Origin: a virus
Length of the DNA: 43,390 nt
IMG/VR virus record: IMGVR_UViG_3300000298_000017
Span: 1-43,390 of that record
Strand: one strand, 5' to 3'
The notes under the pieces were generated by a model that saw only the letters and a list, made by a program, of their open reading frames with translations, was not told the DNA's origin and did no database searches. How positions within the stretch are numbered: position 1 is the first letter of the stretch; the number at the start of each line of letters is the position of its first letter. Positions 31,772-37,990 of the stretch are shown piece after piece. Made by a program: the position numbers and the translations under genes.

Positions 31772-32890
31772 TTGTCAATGAAATGCTGCAAATGCAGGAA
31801 AGAGATTCCAGACGAAAGCAAATTTTGTTTGAAATGTGGCGCAAAACAAAACTTATTACAAAGCCGCCATACTAGGGGAAACGGGCAAGGCACCGCAATC
31901 AAGCGTGGAAGCACCTGGACGGCCATTTGGACCATAGAGGTATATCCAGATACCAAAGAGAGGAAAATCCATCAGAAACGCCGCTGGAAGGGCGGATTTA
32001 AGACTAAGACCGCAGCCCTCGCTTATGCCGCCAATCCCATACAGGAAGAAAAGGAATCTCCGACGCTCCGCACCTATTACACTGGGTGGGAAAAATCCGA
32101 TATGTGCGACTTGTCCAGATCTAAACAGACAGCATTTAAAATCGCATGGAGTAAAATGAACGAATTAGCCGGAAAGCGTATGGATGAGCTTACCATCAAT
32201 CAGATACAGTCCTGTGTAAGCAGAAACGCTCCTACATATTATCCGGCAAAAGATATGAAAACGCTGTTATCCCATCTATACAGACGGGCTGTGGCAGAGG
32301 GGACAGCTAGAACTAACCTGGCAGAATTTATCCGTCTGCCTCCGCTGGAGGAAAAAGAGCTTCAGCCCTTCACTGAAATTGAACTGCACAAGCTCTGGAC
32401 CGCTTATGGAACTGGTGACCGCATAATCGGGTTTGTCCTCCTGATGATCTACACTGGGATGATGCCGGGAGAGCTTTTGAAGTTTAAGGGTGATATGGTA
32501 GACTGGACAGCTCATGAGATTAGAGGCTGTGGCCTGAAAACAAAAAAGCGTAAAGAAACACCCATTGTATTTCCCGACCTGTTGGAGCCAGTATTGCGTA
32601 ATCTTATTGAAAGCAGTAAGTCCCATTCCGACTATGTAGTAGGGCTAAACAAAGATAAATTTTATAGTGAATATCATGCCTCACTTCAACGAGCGGGGGT
32701 CCGGGATCTACCTCCCTATTCATGTCGCCACACAACGGCAACCGCTCTCGCACTTGGAAATATCGCCCCAAGCGTGATACAAGAAGTCATGCGACACACA
32801 AAATTCTCTACGACACAACGCTATATCCACCCAGATAGCGCATCGGCTTTGGCTGCCGTAAACGCTTTGGGGCAGGGAAAAGAATGCTAA
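31772..32890 (+). CDS. int: Tyrosine integrase with an N-terminal zinc ribbon
   Basis: C-terminal catalytic region YSCRHTTATALALGNIAPSVIQEVMRHTKFSTTQRYIHP (R...HxxR...Y). N-terminal CCKCRKEIPDESKFCLKCG. attP lies immediately downstream. Confidence 0.9.
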   Translation: MSMKCCKCRKEIPDESKFCLKCGAKQNLLQSRHTRGNGQGTAIKRGSTWTAIWTIEVYPDTKERKIHQKRRWKGGFKTKTAALAYAANPIQEEKESPTLRTYYTGWEKSDMCDLSRSKQTAFKIAWSKMNELAGKRMDELTINQIQSCVSRNAPTYYPAKDMKTLLSHLYRRAVAEGTARTNLAEFIRLPPLEEKELQPFTEIELHKLWTAYGTGDRIIGFVLLMIYTGMMPGELLKFKGDMVDWTAHEIRGCGLKTKKRKETPIVFPDLLEPVLRNLIESSKSHSDYVVGLNKDKFYSEYHASLQRAGVRDLPPYSCRHTTATALALGNIAPSVIQEVMRHTKFSTTQRYIHPDSASALAAVNALGQGKEC

Positions 32891-32917
32891 CTATAATGCT
32901 AACTACGCATGAAATTT
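32885..32917 (+). repeat. Direct repeat copy 1 flanking the attP core (candidate arm-type integrase sites)
   Basis: TGCTAACTATAaTGCTAACTAcgcATGAAATTT. Overlaps the int stop codon. A near-identical copy is at 33125..33157. Confidence 0.7.
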
Positions 32918-33025
32918 ACTTAATTCTTCTTAATTCTTGGTGAGATTTTTAAAATTCCGAAAGTTGAATAAAACATAAATAAAACTGGCAGAAAATGAGC
33001 TTTTAAACTCAAATTCTGCCAGTTT

Positions 33026-33087
33026 TGGCGCAGAAGGGGGGATTCGAACCCCCGCACGGTTTTACCCGCCTACTCCCTTAGCAGGGG
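33026..33087 (-). other. attP core: 3' 62 nt of a tRNA-Ser(GCU)-like gene (not a complete tRNA)
   Basis: The minus strand reads CCCCTGCTAAGGGAG-TAGGCGGGTAAAACCGTGC-GGGGGTTCGAATCCCCC-CTTCTGC-G-CCA. These are anticodon loop CUGCUAA, a long variable arm, the T arm, the 3' acceptor strand and CCA. There is no D arm and no matching 5' acceptor strand. Confidence 0.75.
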
Positions 33088-33124
33088 CTGAAGTCTACCT
33101 GCGCCTCTAGTAAGCGCTGGTTTT

Positions 33125-33157
33125 TGCTAACTATATTGCTAACTATGATTGAAATTT
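33125..33157 (+). repeat. Direct repeat copy 2 flanking the attP core
   Basis: TGCTAACTATAtTGCTAACTAtgATTGAAATTT. Confidence 0.7.
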
Positions 33158-33210
33158 GGAGATATTTTTATAGACTTTTTGCTACCGAATAGATCGCTTT
33201 ATATATTAAA

Positions 33211-33241
33211 TCCGCCCCCAATTTTGAGGGCGGACTTTTTT
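33211..33241. terminator. Bidirectional-looking terminator between attP and the accessory cluster
   Basis: Stem TCCGCCC/GGGCGGA (33211-33217 and 33228-33234) followed by CTTTTTT on the plus strand. It lies directly after the stop of 33240..33746 on the minus strand. Confidence 0.6.
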
Positions 33242-33746
33242 ATCTTACGATGTACTTATAATACTTCGCCAGTTTATCGGGGCCAGCGTCCTTGTCGTCC
33301 AGGAATGCTTTCGCCATATCGACATAGAAATCGATCTTATCCCCGACCCCGAATTTTTTCGCCACCTTAACATAATCAGAGTAGATCATGTTAAGTGCAA
33401 CCCAAAATATATTTGGATCGTAGGTAAGAGAACGCTGTGACATCAACTGCTTTGCCTGCTCGATGGACCAATGCGGGCCTCTAGTTCCGTCCTCATTTTC
33501 CATTTTTTCAGTCCAGGCTTTTGCCATAGGGAGCGTGAAGCCTTGAGTCTCTTGACTATCCTCCTGCTGTGGGCTATCTTCTCCCCATTGGCAAAGGGCG
33601 TTGTATGCACTGTTGTAAACAGCGAGACATTCCGCCATTCTATCATCCATAGGAACGGCAGTACACTCGACAATTTTAAGTGTGAGCCAGTCCTTTGCGT
33701 TTTGACGTCCGGGCATAGCTCGGTCAAGAGTGGTTCTTGTGAGCAC
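33240..33746 (-). CDS. Hypothetical protein, 168 aa (conserved-looking, unknown function)
   Basis: GTG start after AGGGGGGGAGC. Contains AKAWTEKMENEDGTRGPHWSIEQAKQLM...NMIYSDYVKVAKKFGV...AKAFLDDKDAGPDKLAKYY. Confidence 0.6.
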   Translation of the reverse strand: MLTRTTLDRAMPGRQNAKDWLTLKIVECTAVPMDDRMAECLAVYNSAYNALCQWGEDSPQQEDSQETQGFTLPMAKAWTEKMENEDGTRGPHWSIEQAKQLMSQRSLTYDPNIFWVALNMIYSDYVKVAKKFGVGDKIDFYVDMAKAFLDDKDAGPDKLAKYYKYIVR

Positions 33747-33761
33747 AATGCTCCCCCCCTA

Positions 33762-34184
33762 TCAATCACGTTCCAACTGATTCATACAACGGCGGATTGC
33801 CTCACGCTCACGCTCACTGCCAGCTTTATCCATAAGCAGCTCCAGTTCTTCCATCATGTGCTCCTTGGCATCATGACGGCTATATCCTCCATCTCTGCTA
33901 TAGTCACCACGGTTGCTATAACCGTCCCGGCTATAGTGGCCTCGGACATAGTGCTTACCACGGTTAGCATAGCTGGAGCCACGATTATAGGAGCCTCGTC
34001 CCTCCCAGTCGCCCGCCTCAGAGTAGCCGCCGTCCTCCTCCAGAGCGCAGATTTTATCGATGTTCTTGATGGTATCAGTCAGCTTGTGGACGGTCTCCAG
34101 ATCACCAGCAGACATTTCAGGCTTGCGGGCAATCTCGTCCAGTTCGTCCTGGAGCTTATCCTTCAGCTCGTATAGTGCTTTCAT
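33762..34184 (-). CDS. Helical protein with a central Gly/Tyr/Arg/Ser/Asp low-complexity region
   Basis: 140 aa. Central stretch GGYSEAGDWEGRGSYNRGSSYANRGKHYVRGHYSRDGYSNRGDYSRDGGYSRHD is flanked by charged helices. Confidence 0.6.
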   Translation of the reverse strand: MKALYELKDKLQDELDEIARKPEMSAGDLETVHKLTDTIKNIDKICALEEDGGYSEAGDWEGRGSYNRGSSYANRGKHYVRGHYSRDGYSNRGDYSRDGGYSRHDAKEHMMEELELLMDKAGSEREREAIRRCMNQLERD

Positions 34185-34198
34185 AGTATCCTCTCCTT

Positions 34199-34639
34199 TC
34201 AGGCTACACGCTCAACAATGAAGTTACTGTTGGCTACTAAAATAGGCTGTGTACTGGTGTTTTTTGCGGCAACAGTGACACAGCAGCCACGGGGGACATC
34301 TACCACAGCGGAGACATAGATATTAAAGAAATTCTCCACAGCGGCAGGGGTAACAGTGGCGGTGGATGCGGTCAGCGCCTCACCATTGATGGAGATTGCC
34401 GCAGTGATGGCCTCCACGGTCCCACCGTCAGGGATGGCGATATTGGCGCCAAAGGAGACCTTGAACTTTGCCCGGCACTGGTTCGTAAGCCCACGAAGAG
34501 TCACCAGTCCAGCACCCTCCCGGTGTACAATACAAGGCTTGCTCGTGTTGGCCTCCTCAGTAAAGGGCACGTTCTGACCAGCGGCAACGGTTACGATTGC
34601 GCTATTTGTGTACTCGGCCAAAAAAATCATTCCTTTCAA
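34199..34639 (-). CDS. BclA C-terminal-domain-like (C1q/TNF-like jelly-roll) protein without a collagen region
   Basis: About 140 aa of beta-rich sequence ending ...PILVANSNFIVERVA, which resembles the Bacillus BclA end ...SASIIIEKVA as I recall it. The start codon is ambiguous (TTG/ATG cluster). Confidence 0.4.
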   Translation of the reverse strand: MKGMIFLAEYTNSAIVTVAAGQNVPFTEEANTSKPCIVHREGAGLVTLRGLTNQCRAKFKVSFGANIAIPDGGTVEAITAAISINGEALTASTATVTPAAVENFFNIYVSAVVDVPRGCCVTVAAKNTSTQPILVANSNFIVERVA

Positions 34640-34671
34640 AAAGATTAGCGGCGAGGCTATTGCCCCGCCGC
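34640..34671 (-). terminator. Intrinsic terminator after 34735..35493
   Basis: Minus-strand RNA GCGGCGGGGC-AAUA-GCCUCGCCGC (10 bp including one G-U) followed by UAAUCUUUUU. The G-U pair would be an A-C mismatch on the plus strand, which supports the minus orientation. Confidence 0.6.
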
Positions 34672-34734
34672 ATAGTTCAAAATCGGCACGGGGCCGAACA
34701 TTCCGGTCATGCCGGAAAGTTGATGTATTGGTTT

Positions 34735-35493
34735 TTAGCAGCAGCCGCCGCAGGGATTACACCCACAACCGGCATAAGGGTTGGGCACCTGATAGGCCGG
34801 AACAGGCATGGGGTTGATGCGGCGGATCAGTTCAGCGGTCTGGGCCTCCTGATTGGCGGTGAAGAAAGCGTTCTGCGCCGCCTGGGAAGCCTGGAACTTC
34901 AGACTCTGGTTTTCAGCCGTCAGAGTAGCAATCTTGTCCTGAGTCAAAAAGTCAAGGATCGCACGGCTGTTGGCGTTCTGGTTGTCGATGATGTCCCTGG
35001 TGCTGTTCTGGATGGTATTCCGGGTATCGCAAGCCTGGGTAGCCATGTCGTAGCGAACGCCCTGAATTGCCGCCTGGGTAGCCGCACCCTGGGTGGACAG
35101 GTTATAATTCACGCCGTCCACTGCCCGCTGGGTCTGGCAGCAGCAGTCCTGAAGCTGATAGCCCAGATTGCAGATAGCATTATCCACACCATGGAAGCCG
35201 TTGGTTACGGCGGAGAGGATACCGCTCTGGCCGGTCTGGAGACCGTTCAGCGCAAAGCCCTCGTTTACATCTGCCCTGGTGGCCCAGCCCTGACCGGAGG
35301 GAGAGCCCAGGCCATTGCCGGAGTTACCACCCCAGCCGCCGCCATAGCCGCCCCAACCGAACATACCGAAGATCAGGAACAGAATAATCCAGGAGGCCCA
35401 ATCGCCTCCCCAGCCGCCAAAACCGCCATTCCCGCCCTGATAGGCAGGCTGCACAGGCATGGTCATTACAGCGCCGTCAGAAGAAAGACTCAT
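34735..35493 (-). CDS. Gly-rich single-TM protein with a Gln/Asn/Thr-rich body and a Cys-rich C-terminus
   Basis: AAGGAG, 8 nt, then ATG at 35493. Contains GGNGGFGGWGGDWASWIILFLIFGMFGWGGYGGGWGGNSGNG, a central DCCCQ, and ends YAGCGCNPCGGCC. Confidence 0.6.
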   Translation of the reverse strand: MSLSSDGAVMTMPVQPAYQGGNGGFGGWGGDWASWIILFLIFGMFGWGGYGGGWGGNSGNGLGSPSGQGWATRADVNEGFALNGLQTGQSGILSAVTNGFHGVDNAICNLGYQLQDCCCQTQRAVDGVNYNLSTQGAATQAAIQGVRYDMATQACDTRNTIQNSTRDIIDNQNANSRAILDFLTQDKIATLTAENQSLKFQASQAAQNAFFTANQEAQTAELIRRINPMPVPAYQVPNPYAGCGCNPCGGCC

Positions 35494-35550
35494 TGTGTTA
35501 TCTCCTTTTTGATTTATTTTCAAAACCGTGGCCACGGATTTTGATTGAAG

Positions 35551-35772
35551 TTATTTACCAAACATTCCCCTCATCCCCTCAAACATCCCTGACATCTGCT
35601 GGGCTTGTTTCTGGACCTGGTTAAGCTGATCTTGGGAAATGCGGCCAGATGATACCATCTCTTGTATCATGGCGTTGGGGTCCTTCCCCTTCATCTGGTT
35701 CATGAACTGCTGGAATTGCTGCATCATATTAGGCTGACGATTGCCGCCCATAGCGTTGAAAAACGGATTCAT
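35551..35772 (-). CDS. Small Gln/Met-rich protein, 73 aa
   Basis: Product MNPFFNAMGGNRQPNMMQQFQQFMNQMKGKDPNAMIQEM...QQMSGMFEGMRGMFGK. ATGA-coupled upstream. Confidence 0.55.
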   Translation of the reverse strand: MNPFFNAMGGNRQPNMMQQFQQFMNQMKGKDPNAMIQEMVSSGRISQDQLNQVQKQAQQMSGMFEGMRGMFGK

Positions 35773-36236
35773 TCAGCATCCTCCTTCACAGATTTCTTTT
35801 TTACAGGGGTCGTCTCTTTGGAGCTCAGAGCGTCCACACGGGCCGCAAGAGCGTCCAGGTCATCCTTGGTGGCATAGCGGATAGAAGGCTCCTGCGTGGC
35901 TGCTGGGGCAGTCCTTGTGGTATTGCTGCGTTCTACCAGATCATAAATTTTGATGCTGGGCTTTCCAGAGGCATCCGCCTGCTTGAGATAAATAGTGGGG
36001 CTGTTGCTGTCCCATAAAGCAACGGCACTGTTGGGGGCCACCAGATATCCCATGGCCTCCTGCTCTCCATTCACCCAAACCATGGACTGCCCATTTTGCT
36101 GGGACTGTACGGGCGGCATTTGCGGTCCTTGCATGGGAGGTTGGAACTGCTGCCCACGGAGCTGGGCCAGTTGGTCCGGCATGGGCGGCTGGTAGTACAT
36201 GGGCTGATAGCCCGGATAGTAAGGTGTATAGGCCAT
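35769..36236 (-). CDS. Protein with a Pro/Gln/Tyr-rich N-terminus and a small globular domain
   Basis: Product MAYTPYYPGYQPMYYQPPMPDQLAQLRGQQFQPPMQGPQMPPVQSQQ, then MVWVNGEQEAMGYLVAPNSAVALWDSNSPTIYLKQADASGKPSIKIYDL. Confidence 0.6.
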   Translation of the reverse strand: MAYTPYYPGYQPMYYQPPMPDQLAQLRGQQFQPPMQGPQMPPVQSQQNGQSMVWVNGEQEAMGYLVAPNSAVALWDSNSPTIYLKQADASGKPSIKIYDLVERSNTTRTAPAATQEPSIRYATKDDLDALAARVDALSSKETTPVKKKSVKEDAE

Positions 36237-36242
36237 ATCACG

Positions 36243-36635
36243 TCATCCTTTCCAGTAGTACAAAACTTCCTTTTCCCCAGAATCCCATGTATCCAGAATC
36301 GTCCCGTCGATAATACAGACCACATGGGAATTCAGGCCGAGAAGGTGCACCCCGCTTCTATGGGTCCTGGCAAATTCATTCACCGTTGTGTGAGGCGGAG
36401 CCGGTCTTCGCTCCAGACCATACTGGCTCAGATAGCTCCTCCACACCTCGTTGGAGCTTGGCATATCCTTCAGGAGATACCCTTCCAGGCACAGGCCAAT
36501 ATAGGTGGTGTCCCAGTCCTGGCCCAACGCCGTGGAAATAGCTCTAACCGTGCAGTCTCCCACATTCCTGTTGTAAGGGTTTTCGTTGTGCCAGGAATAC
36601 CTCTCCGTTGTTCGCATGGCGGCTTTCCACCTCAT
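36243..36635 (-). CDS. Putative papain-fold Cys/His enzyme
   Basis: Contains NENPYNRNVGDCTVRAIS (candidate catalytic Cys) ... LNSHVVCIIDGTILDTWDS (candidate His/Asp). The start could be at 36635 or 36617. Confidence 0.4.
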   Translation of the reverse strand: MRWKAAMRTTERYSWHNENPYNRNVGDCTVRAISTALGQDWDTTYIGLCLEGYLLKDMPSSNEVWRSYLSQYGLERRPAPPHTTVNEFARTHRSGVHLLGLNSHVVCIIDGTILDTWDSGEKEVLYYWKG

Positions 36636-36747
36636 TCAGATACTTTTCCAAACCATAATCATCCCCCTGTGCCCGAAACCACATAATGGTTTCCCTGGCG
36701 CAATCGGGCCGGATGCCAGCGGCAATCAATCTCTCTACCGGGGTCAT
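36544..36747 (-). CDS. Small protein whose 3' third overlaps the next gene out of frame
   Basis: Product MTPVERLIAAGIRPDCARETIMWFRAQGDDYGLEKYLNEVE... Overlaps 36243..36635 by 74-92 nt. Confidence 0.4.
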   Translation of the reverse strand: MTPVERLIAAGIRPDCARETIMWFRAQGDDYGLEKYLNEVESRHANNGEVFLAQRKPLQQECGRLHG

Positions 36748-36845
36748 ATATCACACGTCCTTTGTATAAAAATAAGGAGGGCCGTGAGGAGGACTGCGAC
36801 GTGTACAGCCCTTGTTCCCCACGTCCTCCATGTCTATATTGTCAC

Positions 36846-36884
36846 ATAAAAATTCCCCGGCTGGGTACGGTCCCAGTCGGGGTT
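36846..36884 (-). terminator. Hairpin plus U-run after the sigma-like gene
   Basis: Arms at 36855-36865 and 36872-36882 (CCCCGxCTGGG/CCCAGxCGGGG, one non-Watson-Crick position). The minus strand then reads AATTTTTAT. Confidence 0.45.
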
Positions 36885-36893
36885 GTGTACGTT

Positions 36894-37145
36894 TTATGTA
36901 CGGTTTGTGTAGAGCTTGGCGGATACATTTTCCACCCGTTCCAAAATATGTTTGAGGTGGTCTCCCACAGTGGCCCTGCGCCATCCCAGCTCCGCCGCAA
37001 TATCCATTTGACACCATTTGTCAATAAGATATCGTCTGGCGATCAGTTCATCGTCCCGGTGGAGTGCGGCCTCGTGGATGGCCTCCTCTAGTTGAGAGCG
37101 CAAGAGCTTGTCAAGCGATTCCGGTAGCTTTACTCTTGCGCTCAT
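36894..37145 (-). CDS. Sigma-70 region-4-like HTH protein, 83 aa
   Basis: Contains DELIARRYLIDKWCQMDIAAELGWRRATVGDHLKHILERV. Lies 16 nt downstream of the endolysin gene. Confidence 0.5.
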   Translation of the reverse strand: MSARVKLPESLDKLLRSQLEEAIHEAALHRDDELIARRYLIDKWCQMDIAAELGWRRATVGDHLKHILERVENVSAKLYTNRT

Positions 37146-37161
37146 GCTCCACGTCCTTTCC

Positions 37162-37929
37162 TTACTTCAACGCCGCAGCTCGTGCCATAACGGCACTTTC
37201 CTCACGAGTGACAAATGCCATAGGTCGGGTCCCATCTGTCAGGCCAAGCTCGTTGGCCTCTGCAAACAGCTTCGGCATACTGGCCGGCAGCTCCGCTCGC
37301 TCGGCCAGATAGCGGTCCATGTACTCCTTCCACTGCTCATAGGTCACAGTCTCATCCTCTCCTTCCATCCACCGGGCCACATCGGCCCTGAAATTGTCCA
37401 TGGTTTTGCCGAATTTAGGGAACCAGTGAAGGACATCCCCGTGGTTACTGGCGATCCCTCTGCGGTAGCCCTCCTGATGGCAGATTACCACTCCGTCAGC
37501 CAACGGGTCCAGGTTATACTCCTTGCAGAGATAGGCTGTCAGTTCCACGGCCTCCTGGTACACCGCCTTAAAATAGCTGGCATCCTCCAGGCCGTCCTCG
37601 CTGATTTCAAAGGAAATGTGGGTATCATTTGCACTGCCGTTCTTTCCTCGGCCACAGTGCCAGCCCCTCCAGTTCCAGGGCAGGGTCTGGACCGTACCCA
37701 CCGATCCGTCTGCAAAGAGGCCTACAAAGGCGTGGGCGCACTTTTCCAGTCCGGGCCTGTCCCAATCATTCCCGTACTGATTCCGACCAATTACATCATC
37801 TCCGGGCACATAGCGGGCCACAGAGGGGTTATTAGCCCCAGTCGAGTGTACCATTACCCCCTGTGGCTGGATGGTCCTCCCGGCCCTGTAACAGTCGTTC
37901 TTGGTCAAATACTGTTTTCGTAATCTCAT
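37162..37929 (-). CDS. Endolysin: N-acetylmuramoyl-L-alanine amidase (Amidase_2/PGRP type) with an SLH-like C-terminal module
   Basis: Contains QGVMVHSTGANNP...WHCGRGKNGSANDTHISFEI...VVICHQEGYRRGIASNHGDVLHW. C-terminal ELGLTDGTRPMAFVTREESAVMARAA resembles an S-layer-homology repeat. Confidence 0.8.
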   Translation of the reverse strand: MRLRKQYLTKNDCYRAGRTIQPQGVMVHSTGANNPSVARYVPGDDVIGRNQYGNDWDRPGLEKCAHAFVGLFADGSVGTVQTLPWNWRGWHCGRGKNGSANDTHISFEISEDGLEDASYFKAVYQEAVELTAYLCKEYNLDPLADGVVICHQEGYRRGIASNHGDVLHWFPKFGKTMDNFRADVARWMEGEDETVTYEQWKEYMDRYLAERAELPASMPKLFAEANELGLTDGTRPMAFVTREESAVMARAAALK

Positions 37930-37990
37930 GGTCTTCCTCCATTGACATATCAGGGCGTGTGCTGTAATATGCGGATAAGGGAGTGATAAA

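Noticed and set aside
33026-33120. A complete tRNA gene downstream of the integrase
   Set aside because: Only the anticodon loop, variable arm, T arm and 3' acceptor/CCA are present. The upstream sequence (GCAGGTAGACTTCAG) provides no D arm. It also pairs poorly with the 3' acceptor strand and with the 3' half of the anticodon stem. I interpret it as the attP core.
2529-37923. Long antisense ORFs such as 3042..3599(+), 3680..4117(+), 5200..5844(+), 18946..19752(+), 19874..20611(+), 24683..25291(+), 34597..35544(+) and 37108..37923(+)
   Set aside because: Each is fully embedded opposite a gene with recognisable motifs or coupling. They lack an RBS and have skewed Ser/Arg/Pro/Gly compositions. 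They are shadow ORFs.
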